Numbered from the stretch's first letter, positions 45,174-55,452 are shown. The stretch: 64,000 bases of DNA from Pseudomonadales bacterium (GCA_016779585.1 JADHNI010000002.1:24441-88440); one strand, 5' to 3'. The notes: generated by a model not told the origin, from the letters alone. Made by a program: numbers and translations.

Positions 45174-45806
45174 ATGTTTTTATTGCTGGGTGAAAAGGTA
45201 CGCACCAGGTCGAGCCCCGTGGGTACCCATACCTGCGCTGTGTGTAAGTCGGAGCAGGTGTTTTCCGACCACGGTGAAACGCTCTGGTTTGCGGTTTTCG
45301 GTCTGTCACTCTTTCCCCTGGAGGAAAGGGCACATTACTGGCGCTGCGAAAACTGCCTGACCGCCTACAAGCCCCGTGAGCTGGAGCAGCCATCTTCGGT
45401 ACCTCTGGTGAAAGATGTGGTGATCTATCTCCTGCTGGGTTATGACCAGCAGGAACAGCGCCCACTTGCGGACGAAATCTGCGCAAAGGTAACTGGATTC
45501 GACTTTCCGGACAGCGAAGTGCGTGACCTGACCCGAGATATTGCCTCAGGACGCCTGAACGTCGCAGAGCTGGTTCGACGTTACGCCAGCTCTCTCAATG
45601 CCATTGGCAAGCAACAGGTGATTGAAGCGGCTTTTCTCGCGGCCTATGCCTGTTGTGATATCCAGTACGAGGACCGCCTGCGCATTAACCAGATTGGCAG
45701 CGCACTGGATGTTGGGCTTGAATTTGTTACTTACGCCATCGATGAAGCACGTCGGCAGAAGAACTATGGTATCCGACGGCTCCCGGACATCCGCACCGAG
45801 GTTTGA
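45174..45806 (+). CDS. Zinc-ribbon plus TerB-like domain protein
   Basis: N-terminal CAVC...FGLSLFP...CENC ribbon. The C-terminal helical domain resembles the TerB/co-chaperone DjlA-N fold (weak call). Confidence 0.55.
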   Translation: MFLLLGEKVRTRSSPVGTHTCAVCKSEQVFSDHGETLWFAVFGLSLFPLEERAHYWRCENCLTAYKPRELEQPSSVPLVKDVVIYLLLGYDQQEQRPLADEICAKVTGFDFPDSEVRDLTRDIASGRLNVAELVRRYASSLNAIGKQQVIEAAFLAAYACCDIQYEDRLRINQIGSALDVGLEFVTYAIDEARRQKNYGIRRLPDIRTEV

Positions 45807-45874
45807 CAGGCCCACCGGAAACCCTGACAATTTTTCTTTCAAATTCAGCATATTGGATACTTTTTCGGTAAATC

Positions 45875-46924
45875 ATGGCGAACAACCGACTGGCGGCATT
45901 TCAATCCCGATTCCACAACTACAGCCTCGATAAGAAAGCGATTCCTATCGCGATGGTCCAGGCGCTTGTGCAGTACATGCAATCCCGGGGCTTTGATCCG
46001 AAGATCAGCCTGGCCGGTACGGATATTGACCTGGATGCTGACAGGGTCACCTATCGGCAGCGGATTCAGCAGATGGAAAACATGCTGGACCTGATCGGCA
46101 TGGATGGACACTGGCTGGAATCCAGCAAAGAAACCTCTATCTCGGATTATGGGCTGCTTGGTTATGCCATGATGAGCAGTGCAACGCTGGAACAGGCGGT
46201 GCAGATTGCTGTCAAGTATCACCGTATGGCGGGTGCCATGTTCGAACTCGCATTCCTGATTGATGAGGATGAAGCGGTGCTGCGCATCGAACACCTGCTG
46301 CCTTCTGGCAAAGTAGGGCAGTACACGGTCGAGGATCTGTTCGTGGGTATCATCGGGCTGATTTCCCTGTTACTGCGCCGGCAGCATAACCCCAGCAGAA
46401 TCTGCCTGAGTTACGCACGACCCGTTTATGCGGACAAACATGCCGAGCGCTTTGGCTGCGAGGTACAGTTTGACCAGCCGTATTGTGAATATCGTTTCAG
46501 GGTCTCGGAGCTGCATGAGTCGCTCGCTGCCGCAGACGCGAATACCGCGAGGATCTGTGAAGAGTCCTGTCGCAAGCTCCTGAACCAGATGGAGATCGAG
46601 GAAGACATTATCTCTCGCATCTGTCACCTGTTGCTGAGCTCACCGGGAGAATTTCCCAAGCTTGATGCCGTGGCCCAGAAATTGTCGCTGGGTGCGCGCA
46701 CGCTTCGCCGTCGCCTGAATGAGCTGGGCACCAGTTACCAGAAGATTCTTGATGATGTCCGCCGGGAACTTGCAATTGAATACCTGCAGACCACGAACCT
46801 GACCGTGCAGGAGATAGCAGAGTTGCTCGGTTACAGCGAAGTCACCAACTTCAGGCGTGCATTCATGCGCTGGGTTGAGCTTTCACCCTACCAGTACCGC
46901 AAGCAGCTGGCAGCTCCTGCGTGA
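45875..46924 (+). CDS. AraC-family transcriptional regulator (with N-terminal AraC-type ligand-binding domain)
   Basis: C-terminal double HTH LDAVAQKLSLGARTLRRRLNELGTSYQKILDDVRRELAIEYL...VQEIAELLGYSEVTNFRRAF.RW. Confidence 0.88.
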   Translation: MANNRLAAFQSRFHNYSLDKKAIPIAMVQALVQYMQSRGFDPKISLAGTDIDLDADRVTYRQRIQQMENMLDLIGMDGHWLESSKETSISDYGLLGYAMMSSATLEQAVQIAVKYHRMAGAMFELAFLIDEDEAVLRIEHLLPSGKVGQYTVEDLFVGIIGLISLLLRRQHNPSRICLSYARPVYADKHAERFGCEVQFDQPYCEYRFRVSELHESLAAADANTARICEESCRKLLNQMEIEEDIISRICHLLLSSPGEFPKLDAVAQKLSLGARTLRRRLNELGTSYQKILDDVRRELAIEYLQTTNLTVQEIAELLGYSEVTNFRRAFMRWVELSPYQYRKQLAAPA

Positions 46925-47787
46925 CCAGGGCGCACCTTCTTATTATCGTCAGTTACATGCTGGCGCTTGCAGCTGCCTGGTTTACGCTACCTTTTGTCTC
47001 TGAATACCATGTGATGGTGCAGGTTCTGATCGCCGATGTGGTGGCCACCATAGTGATTTTCGCGTTCAGTTTTGCCTTCAGCAACTCCAGTTTCTACGAT
47101 GCTTACTGGAGCGTAATTCCAATCGCGATTGTTGCCTACCTGGTGGCCCTGCCGGGAGATGCAGAAACTCTGCGCCAGCTTATGCTGGCGCTTGTAATCG
47201 GCCTATGGGGCGTGCGGCTGACCGCGAACTGGGCTTATACCTGGAGCGGGCTGGATCACGTCGACTGGCGCTACATTAACCTTCAGGAGCAATCCGGTAT
47301 TCTCTGGTGGCCACTCAGCTTTGCCGGTGTGCACCTGTTCCCGACGATCCTGGTGTTCCTGGGCTGTATCCCTATGTATCACGCGCTGGTTATAGGCGAT
47401 CACCCGATCAATGTTTTTGATTACATCGCGCTGGCGGTGGGCCTGGTCAGTGTGTGGATCGAATTCCAGTCGGACCGGGAGCTGCACCGCTTCCGGGAAA
47501 CTCGCAGCAGCCGTGCAGAGGTTCTGGATACCGGGCTGTGGGCCTGGTGCCGTCACCCCAATTACCTGGGTGAAATTGGTGTCTGGGTATCCGTCCTGTT
47601 GTTCGGCTATGCAGCCGTCGGTTACCTGGATTACTGGATGCTCTCAGGCGCAGTTTCCATGGTCCTGCTCTTTACCGTGGTCTCCATACCGATGATTGAG
47701 AAGAAGCTGGCAGCGGATAAGCCTGGTTACGCTGATTACAAGGCGAGGTCATTTTCGCTGATGCCATTGTCAAAATTTAAACGCTAG
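46921..47787 (+). CDS. DUF1295 / steroid 5-alpha-reductase-like membrane protein
   Basis: 288 aa and polytopic, with LWAWCRHPNYLGEIGVW typical of this family. GTG start overlapping the araC-like stop. Confidence 0.75.
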   Translation: MTRAHLLIIVSYMLALAAAWFTLPFVSEYHVMVQVLIADVVATIVIFAFSFAFSNSSFYDAYWSVIPIAIVAYLVALPGDAETLRQLMLALVIGLWGVRLTANWAYTWSGLDHVDWRYINLQEQSGILWWPLSFAGVHLFPTILVFLGCIPMYHALVIGDHPINVFDYIALAVGLVSVWIEFQSDRELHRFRETRSSRAEVLDTGLWAWCRHPNYLGEIGVWVSVLLFGYAAVGYLDYWMLSGAVSMVLLFTVVSIPMIEKKLAADKPGYADYKARSFSLMPLSKFKR

Positions 47788-47861
47788 CTGTGCTGGCTGA
47801 TTTCAAGCCAGGTAACCCCCCTGGCTTTGGTTTTGCAGGATCATGGCCCGGGGATGGTGCA

Positions 47862-47895
47862 GGAGTTATCTCTCATTGAGTCGAGAGATAACTCC
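47862..47895. terminator. Perfect 13-bp hairpin between convergent genes (GGAGTTATCTCTC-N8-GAGAGATAACTCC)
   Basis: Read directly from the sequence. Lies between the stop at 47787 (+) and the stop at 47919 (-). Confidence 0.55.
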
Positions 47896-47918
47896 GAGAT
47901 CGCAGCAGGGGCCTGTCT

Positions 47919-48314
47919 TTAACCCGGTCGGTGGATACCACAGATCTTGTGGCCATCCGGGTCAAGGAAGTAACACAGGTGCATGACGCCCATGTTGCTT
48001 TCGCGGGGTCCCGGTGGTTCTTCAATGCTGGTGCCGCCGTTGGCAATTGCAACGTCATGGAACTCCACAACCTGTTCAGGTGAGTTGCAGACAAAACCGA
48101 TGGTTGAACCGTTTGCCGCGGTTGCGGGCTCACCGTTGATCGGTTCGCTGATGCTGAATGTGGAACCGTCGTGGATGTAGAAGAGGCGGGTCTGCCCCGT
48201 GTCATTGACATGCTCCATGGGTTCGCCCGCGCCCAGAACACCCAGGACAGCGTTGTAGAAGCTCCGTGTTTTTGCGATGTCGTTTGAACCAATCATGACG
48301 TGATTGATCATCAT
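47919..48314 (-). CDS. VOC (glyoxalase/bleomycin-resistance/dioxygenase) family protein
   Basis: 131 aa. MINHVMIGSNDIAKTRSFY...DPDGHKI are typical VOC beta-alpha-beta-beta-beta motifs. Confidence 0.85.
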   Translation of the reverse strand: MMINHVMIGSNDIAKTRSFYNAVLGVLGAGEPMEHVNDTGQTRLFYIHDGSTFSISEPINGEPATAANGSTIGFVCNSPEQVVEFHDVAIANGGTSIEEPPGPRESNMGVMHLCYFLDPDGHKICGIHRPG

Positions 48315-48356
48315 TTTTCTCCTTTCTGAGTGAAAATGTTTGGTGAAAAAAATTGG

Positions 48357-48794
48357 CTACTTCGGTTCCCAGAGTTCGATGGGGTTTCCTTCAGGATCAT
48401 AAAGGCGCGCGAAGCGGCCGTTGGGGTATTCATTCGGGTCGGGTGTCACTTCGATGCCCGCGTAGCGCAACTGAAGAATCATGGCATCCAGGTCATGCAC
48501 GCGGAAGTTGACCATCCATACCTTGCTGGCATTGCCAAAGTACTGGGTATCCTTGCTGAACGGTGCGAAAACAGTTGGGCCAGCTTCCTGATGCCAGGGC
48601 TCGGCATCGTAGCTTTTTGGCACCAGGGAGATGCCGAGATGTTCCTTGTACCATTGCGCTAACTGCGCTGGTGCATCAGCCCTGAAAAACAGCCCGCCGA
48701 TTCCGGCAACTTTTTCTCCTGAGCCGGCTTCTTCCGGTTCGGCAATGGCAGGGGTAGACGCGGCCAGCAGCGTAATAAAAAACCACCTGATCAT
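48357..48794 (-). CDS. Secreted VOC-family protein
   Basis: Signal peptide MIRWFFITLLAASTPAIA and C-terminus RLYDPEGNPIELWEP. Internal Met preferred because of the upstream GAGAGGAA RBS. Confidence 0.8.
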   Translation of the reverse strand: MIRWFFITLLAASTPAIAEPEEAGSGEKVAGIGGLFFRADAPAQLAQWYKEHLGISLVPKSYDAEPWHQEAGPTVFAPFSKDTQYFGNASKVWMVNFRVHDLDAMILQLRYAGIEVTPDPNEYPNGRFARLYDPEGNPIELWEPK

Positions 48795-48839
48795 GGAAAT
48801 TCCTCTCTTCCAGAGAGAGCGAGTATACATTGAAGTGGG

Positions 48840-48871
48840 CCGCTACTCCTGGCGGATACCAGGAGTAGCGG
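48840..48871 (-). terminator. Perfect 13-bp hairpin just downstream of pntB (CCGCTACTCCTGG-N6-CCAGGAGTAGCGG)
   Basis: Read directly from the sequence, 8 nt after the pntB stop. No U-tract. Confidence 0.5.
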
Positions 48872-48878
48872 GAAGTGC

Positions 48879-50240
48879 TTATCCGAACTCGGCAATAACG
48901 CCTGAGATGGACTCCTTGGCATCGCCAAACAACATGCGTGTGTTCTCGCCAAAGAAGAGGGGGTTATCAACACCGGAAAAGCCGGATGCCATGGAGCGCT
49001 TCAGAACGAAGACAGTGCGCGCCTTGTCGACGTTGATGATCGGCATGCCATAAATCGGGCTGTCTTCATCTTCGCGGGCACTGGGGTTAACGACGTCGTT
49101 CGCGCCGATGACCACGCAGATATCAACGTTTTCAATACGCGGGTTGATTTCGTCCATTTCAACCAGCTGCTCGTAGGGCACATCAGCTTCCGCCAGCAAC
49201 ACGTTCATGTGACCGGGCATACGTCCAGCCACCGGGTGAATGGCATAGCTGACTTCAGCGCCGTTCTTCTCAAGAATCTCACCGAGTTCCTTCACCACGT
49301 GCTGTGCCTGGGCAACCGCCATACCGTAACCCGGTACGAAGCAGACGTTGCTTGCGGCCTCAAACAGGTAGTAGGCGTCTTCCACAGAGATGGGTTTGAC
49401 CTCACCTTCGATCGACTTGCCCTGTTTTACAGCGCCGAAGCCACTGAACAGAACGTTAGTCAGTGATCGGTTCATCGCCTTGCACATGATGTTGGTCAGG
49501 ATGATACCCGCGGCACCAACCAGGGAGCCGGCAACAATCAGGATGTTGTTGTTGATAGCGAAACCAGCCGCACAGGCTGCAAGACCTGAATAGCTGTTCA
49601 ACAGTGAGATGACCACTGGCATGTCCGCGCCCCCGATGGGGATGACCGCCATGATGCCGAAAACCATCGCCAGGCCCAGCATGATGTACAGCCACTGGGA
49701 ATCGACTGCCGGGTCAACCGCAAACATATAGCCGCTCACCAGGATGCCGATCAGGATCAGGCTGTTAACAATTTGCTGGCCTGTGAATACCACGGCCGCA
49801 CTATTGATCGTCTCGGACAGTTTGCCGTAGGCGATGAGAGAGCCCGTGAAGGTCATGCCGCCAATGAGGATCGCCAGCAGAATGGTAATGGCAGTGAATG
49901 TGCTGACATCGCCGCCATACAGGGTCGCCCATCCCACCAGAAGACTGGCTGCGCCACCGGAGCCGTTAAAGAGTGCCACCATTTCAGGCATGGATGTCAT
50001 TTCGACGAGTCTGGCCGATGCAGCGCCGATCAACCCGCCGACGATCATGCCGCCGATGATGTATTCGTAGCTGACAATCCCTTCGGCAGTCAGGCCGGCA
50101 ACCACAGCGATGAGCATACCGATCGAGGACAGGGCATTACCTCGTCGGGCAGTCGCCGGTGAGCCCAGCATTTTCAAGCCGAAAATAAATAGTACGGCTG
50201 CCAGTACGTAAGAAAGGTTAGCAATCATTTCAATGTTCAT
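48879..50240 (-). CDS. pntB: NAD(P) transhydrogenase subunit beta
   Basis: 453 aa with a membrane domain plus the dIII NADP(H) domain (GYGMAVAQAQ, HPVAGRMPGHMNVLLAEA, VIGANDVVNP). Confidence 0.95.
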   Translation of the reverse strand: MNIEMIANLSYVLAAVLFIFGLKMLGSPATARRGNALSSIGMLIAVVAGLTAEGIVSYEYIIGGMIVGGLIGAASARLVEMTSMPEMVALFNGSGGAASLLVGWATLYGGDVSTFTAITILLAILIGGMTFTGSLIAYGKLSETINSAAVVFTGQQIVNSLILIGILVSGYMFAVDPAVDSQWLYIMLGLAMVFGIMAVIPIGGADMPVVISLLNSYSGLAACAAGFAINNNILIVAGSLVGAAGIILTNIMCKAMNRSLTNVLFSGFGAVKQGKSIEGEVKPISVEDAYYLFEAASNVCFVPGYGMAVAQAQHVVKELGEILEKNGAEVSYAIHPVAGRMPGHMNVLLAEADVPYEQLVEMDEINPRIENVDICVVIGANDVVNPSAREDEDSPIYGMPIINVDKARTVFVLKRSMASGFSGVDNPLFFGENTRMLFGDAKESISGVIAEFG

Positions 50241-50527
50241 TTGCGGCCCTCATTCTTGCTTTTGAACATGCCAAGCATGCGGTCCGTGACCATGTAACCG
50301 CCAACCACGTTGATGGTCGCGAAGGCGACAGCGGCAGTACCGAGCCATTTGCCCATTTCACTGTCCACCATACCGGCTGCAAGAAATGCACCTGCCAGGG
50401 TGATGCCGGAAATGGCATTCGCACCGGACATCAGTGGTGTGTGCAGCGTGGCTGGCACTTTTGAGATCAGCTCGAAGCCGAGAAAAATCGACAGTACGAG
50501 AATAAAAGTTAGAAATACGACTTCCAC
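50237..50527 (-). CDS. pntAB: NAD(P) transhydrogenase subunit alpha, part 2 (membrane)
   Basis: 96 aa, three TM, with LHTPLMSGANAISGI. Overlaps pntB by 4 nt. Confidence 0.9.
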   Translation of the reverse strand: MEVVFLTFILVLSIFLGFELISKVPATLHTPLMSGANAISGITLAGAFLAAGMVDSEMGKWLGTAAVAFATINVVGGYMVTDRMLGMFKSKNEGRK

Positions 50528-50528
50528 T

Positions 50529-51665
50529 TTAGCTCTCCCTCAGGTTCTTGATGGTTTCGTTGACGATAGCGCCGTCGTGCGTGATGACACAGCCCTGCAG
50601 AATGTCGTCTTCGAGATCCAGGTTGAATGTAGAGTTTTCCTCATCCCAGTACTCGGTGATCAGGTTCACCAGGTTGGATGAATACATCTGCGAGGCATCT
50701 GTAGACACTTCTGCCGGCAGGTTGGCAATACCCAGGATGGAAACACCATTCACAACAACAGTTTCATCAGGTCTGGAGCCTTCGACGTTACCGCCGGAAT
50801 CAACGGCCATATCGACGATCACACTGCCAGGGCGCATGGCTGCGACCATGTCTGCGGTCACAATGCGCGGGGCAGGGCGACCAAACAGCTGGGCAGTTGT
50901 GATCACGATGTCGGATTCTGCAATCACTGCCTTCTGGCCTTCTTTCTGCATTTCCAGCTGTTCAGGTGTCAGTTCCTTTGCGTAACCGTCTTTGGTCTGG
51001 CCCGTTTCGCCAAGATCAATCTCGACAAACTTGGCGCCGAGGGATTCGACCTGCTCAGCAACTACCGGGCGAGTATCAAAAGCCTGGACTCGTGCACCCA
51101 GTCGCTTGGCTGTCGCGATAGCCTGAAGGCCAGCAACACCCGCACCGATCACAAAAACTTTTGCCGGTGACAGCGTGCCCGCCGGGGTCATCATCATTGG
51201 CAGGATGCGGTCCAGCTTGTCGGCAGCCTTGATCACCATGACGTAACCCGCGAGGTTAGCCTGCGAACTCAGCGCGTCCATTTTCTGTGCGCGCGTGGTT
51301 CTGGGAATCATTTCCATGCTGATGGCTGTGACGCCCTGTGAGGCGAGTGCGTCGACAAGCTCATGTTCGTTATAGGGGTCCAGGTAGCTCACCTGGATAG
51401 CACCCTTCTTGACCAGGGCAACATCTTCCTTTGCGGGCTTCCTGACACGAAGCACGATGTCACCGCTGCCGATCAGGGCATTGCGGTCAGAAGAAATGGT
51501 TGCGCCTGCTTCCTCGTAGTCGGCATCGCTGAATCCGGAGTTCACTCCGCAGCCAGCTTCTACCGAAACTGACAGTCCTGCCCGGGTGAGTTTTTTCACC
51601 GATTCAGGGATCAGCGCGACGCGGCGTTCATTAGCCCACGTTTCCGCGGGAACCACGATTTGCAT
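50529..51665 (-). CDS. pntAA: NAD(P) transhydrogenase subunit alpha, part 1 (dI, NAD(H)-binding)
   Basis: 378 aa with ERRVALIPESVKKL and the Rossmann motif VIGAGVAGLQAI. Confidence 0.95.
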   Translation of the reverse strand: MQIVVPAETWANERRVALIPESVKKLTRAGLSVSVEAGCGVNSGFSDADYEEAGATISSDRNALIGSGDIVLRVRKPAKEDVALVKKGAIQVSYLDPYNEHELVDALASQGVTAISMEMIPRTTRAQKMDALSSQANLAGYVMVIKAADKLDRILPMMMTPAGTLSPAKVFVIGAGVAGLQAIATAKRLGARVQAFDTRPVVAEQVESLGAKFVEIDLGETGQTKDGYAKELTPEQLEMQKEGQKAVIAESDIVITTAQLFGRPAPRIVTADMVAAMRPGSVIVDMAVDSGGNVEGSRPDETVVVNGVSILGIANLPAEVSTDASQMYSSNLVNLITEYWDEENSTFNLDLEDDILQGCVITHDGAIVNETIKNLRES

Positions 51666-51858
51666 AGTTACCTCACTTGAGTCTGATAGCGTGATGAGGG
51701 CAGTCCGGATTCTTGTGTCCGAGTCTGCCGAAGGAGGTGAAAGTTAGCATGATAAGTGTGTCATTTCTAACGCTTAATCAGCCGATTTGCGCCTGATTGG
51801 TGCCCGTTATAAATGGGGTGTGGTTGCCTTGATGAGGCACCGTGCATATAAAGGGCGT

Positions 51859-53415
51859 ATGAGTTGGCATAAAGAAGTAGATGAAATCGAGATTCGCCGC
51901 GAACTGTCGAAACAACAGGGCGGTGAAGAAGGTATTGCGAGCCAGCATGCCAAGGGCAGGCTGACGATCCGCGAGCGCATAGATCGCCTGGTGGCGCGGG
52001 GTAGCTTTGAAGAACATGGTGAAGGCGCAGGGTTTGCTGAGAAAGCTGAAGACGGCTCAATCGAGTCATTTGCCCCCGCTAACTACGTGGTTGGCTTCGG
52101 CAGTATTGGCGGCAGGAGAGTGGTTGTGGGTGGCGAGGATTTCACCCTCAAGGGTGGCTCTCCCAATGGCGCGGGCCTGCGTAAATCTATTTATGCTGAG
52201 GAACTGGCTGTGCAGTTCAGGGTGCCGCTGGTGCGAATGCTCGAGGGCGGCGGCGGTTCGGTAGCAGGCTCAGGTGGCCCGAGACCAACGACGGTGGGTT
52301 CCCCTGTGTATGCGGAACCAAGATTCAAGATTATTGCGCAGGCCATGAACGAGGTCCCTGTGGTTTCCGGCGCCATGGGACCGGTGGCTGGATTTCCGGC
52401 TGGCAGGCTCGTGGCCTCGCATTTCTCTGTGATGGTCAAGGAAACCAGCCAGGTCATGGTCGGTGGCCCGGCACTGGTTGAGCGAGCACTGGGTGTTTCG
52501 CTGAGCAAGGAAGAACTGGGTGGCTGGCGTATCCATACACGCAGCGGCATTGTTGATAATGTGGCTGACTCGGAAGATGACGCGCTGGCGCAGATGCAAC
52601 GTTTCCTCAGTTACCTGCCGCAGAATGTATGGCAGCTGGCAGAACGCCAGGACTGCAGTGACAGTCCCAATCGTGCTGAAGAAGCGCTGATTGATATTGT
52701 GCCCAAAGATGGCCGCATTGCCTTCGAGATGCGTGATGTGATTCGTCACGTGGTCGACCTGGATTCTTTCTTTGAGATCCAGCCGCATTATGGTCACGGC
52801 CAGATCATTGGTCTCGCGAGATTGAACGGCCAATCGGTGGGCATTATTGCCAATGACTGCAAACATTTTGCCGGTGCGATGACCGCAGAGGGCTCGCAGA
52901 AGGCGAAGCGCATGATGGAGCTGTGCGACACCTTCCACATTCCTATTGTGAATTTCCTGGATGAGCCGGGCTTCATGATTGGTCCCGACTCGGAAAAGGC
53001 GGCCTGCATCCGTTACGGCATGAGCGCGGTTTCTGCTGCGGTCCAGTCGACGGTACCCTGGGCAACGATTGCTGTGCACAAGTCATTCGGCGTCGCCTCT
53101 GCTGCCCACTTTGCACCCAACACCTACAAGCTCGCCTGGCCTTCCTATGAGATGGGTGCGCTGCCGGTAGAAGGGGGGGTTGCAGTGGCGTTCCACCGGG
53201 AAATTGCTGCCGCGGAGAACCCTGAAGAAAAACGCCGGGAGCTGGAACAGAAGCTCGCTGAAGGCCGTTCCCCTTTCCCCATGATGGAAAGCTTTGCCGT
53301 GCACGAATTGATTGATCCAAGGCAAACCCGTGCGAAACTGTGCCGCTGGGTTGAGTGGATTGAACCGCTCCTGGAAGAACTTAAGGGACCTGTGACCTGG
53401 GGAATGCGCCCATGA
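51859..53415 (+). CDS. Acyl-CoA carboxylase carboxyltransferase subunit (propionyl-CoA carboxylase beta-like)
   Basis: QHAKGRLTIRERID, GGSPNGAG and the twin crotonase-like carboxyltransferase domains. ATG 51859 (MSWHKEVDEIE) is preferred over the upstream start. Confidence 0.85.
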   Translation: MSWHKEVDEIEIRRELSKQQGGEEGIASQHAKGRLTIRERIDRLVARGSFEEHGEGAGFAEKAEDGSIESFAPANYVVGFGSIGGRRVVVGGEDFTLKGGSPNGAGLRKSIYAEELAVQFRVPLVRMLEGGGGSVAGSGGPRPTTVGSPVYAEPRFKIIAQAMNEVPVVSGAMGPVAGFPAGRLVASHFSVMVKETSQVMVGGPALVERALGVSLSKEELGGWRIHTRSGIVDNVADSEDDALAQMQRFLSYLPQNVWQLAERQDCSDSPNRAEEALIDIVPKDGRIAFEMRDVIRHVVDLDSFFEIQPHYGHGQIIGLARLNGQSVGIIANDCKHFAGAMTAEGSQKAKRMMELCDTFHIPIVNFLDEPGFMIGPDSEKAACIRYGMSAVSAAVQSTVPWATIAVHKSFGVASAAHFAPNTYKLAWPSYEMGALPVEGGVAVAFHREIAAAENPEEKRRELEQKLAEGRSPFPMMESFAVHELIDPRQTRAKLCRWVEWIEPLLEELKGPVTWGMRP

Positions 53416-55448
53416 GAATCCTGTTGCTGTTTATTGCCATCATCACCTTTGGGCAGGCGATCGCCCAGCCAGCACCGCACGTTCGTGGTGAACTGGTGTC
53501 ATCGGTGACCCAGGTGGCCGCAGGCGAGACCTTCAAAGTTGTCTTTGCCCAGGATATTGATCCTGATTGGCATACCTACTGGCTGAACCCGGGAGACTCG
53601 GGCGCACCACCCAACATACGCTGGCAGGTCGCTGACGGGGTGGAGGTCAGCGACTTTGAATACCCTTACCCGGAACGTATCCCATACGGGCCTTTGATGA
53701 ACTACGGTTATCACGACGAGGTTCGCCTGCCGTTTGATGTGACGGTGCCGGAAGACTATACGGGAAGTGAACTCACGCTTGATGGAACCGGCCAGGTGCT
53801 GGTCTGTGCGGATATCTGTATTCCTCAGAAAGTGACGTTGTCCCTGTCTGTGCCGATTGGTCCCACACAGGTGGATAGCAATCGGGTTGCCTATTTCGAG
53901 GAAGTGGCTGCGCTCATTCCCGCCAGGCTTTCAGTGCCGACTTCCTTCGCAGCCACCGGGGATGAGATCAGGCTGACCATTGGCTTGCCATCCATCCAGG
54001 GGGACCGGATCGACTCGGTGGATTACTTCCCGCTTGTGACCGACACCATCGATAACCCTTCAGATCAGTCATTCCGGATGACGGATGCGGGACTGGAACT
54101 TACGCTGGTGCCTGGCTACGGTTTTGAGGCCGCTGATGCGGATTTCAGTGGCGTGCTGGTCATCCGTGAGGATGTTGGTGAAGGTGTCGTCAGCAGCTTC
54201 CTGATTACGGATTCCGTAGCTGTCGGCAGTGCCTCCGCGGCAGAAGGGGTTGCTGAGACAGGGCTTCTCATGGCGCTGGTGTTTGCGTTCCTGGGAGGCG
54301 TGATCCTGAACCTGATGCCATGTGTTTTTCCTGTCCTGTCGATCAAGATCCTGTCACTGGTGGAATCCGTACATGAAGAAGGTGAATCCATTCGCCTTCA
54401 CGGCTGGGCCTATGCGTTTGGTGTGGTCGCGAGTTTTGTAGCCATTGCGGCGGTCCTGATAGTGCTGCGTGCCGGTGGCGAAGCCATTGGCTGGGGTTTC
54501 CAGCTGCAGTCTCCGGTTGTGGTGTCGCTCCTGGCTTACCTTTTCCTGGTGATTGGCCTGAACCTGATGGGTGTTTTTGAGATTGCTCTGTCAGTGTCGG
54601 ATTCAGAAGGGAAAGGTTACGCCGGGTCCATATCCACAGGTGTGCTGGCGACCGTCGTTGCTGCGCCCTGTACTGCGCCATTCATGGGCGCTGCGCTGGG
54701 TTATGCGCTGCTGCAGTCGCCCGTGACGGGTCTTCTTGTGTTTGCAGCGCTCGGTTTTGGTATGGCTGTGCCGTACCTGCTCCTTTGCTACTCCCCGGCA
54801 CTGTTGTCACGGTTGGCAAGACCCGGCAACTGGATGGTGGTTCTCAGGCAGGCGCTGGCGTTCCCGATGTTTGCTTCCGCTATCTGGCTGGTCTGGGTGT
54901 TGGGTATCCAGGCGGGACCGACGGCCATGATGCAGGTGCTGGGTGGTGGCCTGATCATTGCGTTTGGCATCTGGCTCATGCAGCAATCAACCGGGTTGTT
55001 AAACAGGGTGATTGCGGTTGTTTTGATAGTTACCGCGGTCGGTATTGGTGTAACGCAGCAGCCTTCGACGCAACCTGCGAGCACCGCCAACGTTGATTCG
55101 CCCTCAGCTTCCCTGGCACAACCTTATTCAGCGGAAGCGCTCGACGAAGCGCTGGCGCAAGGACCGGTGTTTGTGAATTTCACGGCGGCCTGGTGTATCA
55201 CCTGCAAGGTCAACGAGCTCAATGCACTGGAAACAACCACCGTGCGTGAAGCGTTTGTTGATAAGGGAATCGCTTACCTGAAAGCAGACTGGACCAACGA
55301 AGATCCAAAAATTACTGCTGCACTTCAGGAATATGGCAGAACGGGTGTGCCGCTTTACCTGCTGTATAAGAAAGGAGCGGGGGAGGCCAAAGTCCTCCCC
55401 CAGATTCTGACGCCGTCGATTGTGACGAATGCACTGGAATCCTTGTAA
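53412..55448 (+). CDS. DsbD/ScsB-family protein-disulfide reductase
   Basis: Signal peptide and an N-terminal periplasmic domain. The membrane core has the two conserved Cys (LNLMPCVFPVLSIK, AAPCTAPFMG). The C-terminal thioredoxin domain reads WCITC. Its length (678 aa) resembles ScsB. Confidence 0.85.
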   Translation: MRILLLFIAIITFGQAIAQPAPHVRGELVSSVTQVAAGETFKVVFAQDIDPDWHTYWLNPGDSGAPPNIRWQVADGVEVSDFEYPYPERIPYGPLMNYGYHDEVRLPFDVTVPEDYTGSELTLDGTGQVLVCADICIPQKVTLSLSVPIGPTQVDSNRVAYFEEVAALIPARLSVPTSFAATGDEIRLTIGLPSIQGDRIDSVDYFPLVTDTIDNPSDQSFRMTDAGLELTLVPGYGFEAADADFSGVLVIREDVGEGVVSSFLITDSVAVGSASAAEGVAETGLLMALVFAFLGGVILNLMPCVFPVLSIKILSLVESVHEEGESIRLHGWAYAFGVVASFVAIAAVLIVLRAGGEAIGWGFQLQSPVVVSLLAYLFLVIGLNLMGVFEIALSVSDSEGKGYAGSISTGVLATVVAAPCTAPFMGAALGYALLQSPVTGLLVFAALGFGMAVPYLLLCYSPALLSRLARPGNWMVVLRQALAFPMFASAIWLVWVLGIQAGPTAMMQVLGGGLIIAFGIWLMQQSTGLLNRVIAVVLIVTAVGIGVTQQPSTQPASTANVDSPSASLAQPYSAEALDEALAQGPVFVNFTAAWCITCKVNELNALETTTVREAFVDKGIAYLKADWTNEDPKITAALQEYGRTGVPLYLLYKKGAGEAKVLPQILTPSIVTNALESL

Positions 55449-55452
55449 AAGG

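Noticed and set aside
47873-48292. The alternative 139-aa ORF in another frame over the VOC gene.
   Set aside because: The 47919-48314 frame gives clear VOC/glyoxalase motifs, while the alternative frame gives a Ser/Thr/Arg-rich product with no motifs.
53412-53415. The ATGA overlap coupling the carboxyltransferase to the DsbD/ScsB-like reductase, as evidence of a functional system.
   Set aside because: Overlaps of 1-4 nt are pervasive in this compact genome. A cytosolic carboxyltransferase and a periplasm-directed disulfide reductase have no obvious mechanistic link, so adjacency alone is insufficient.
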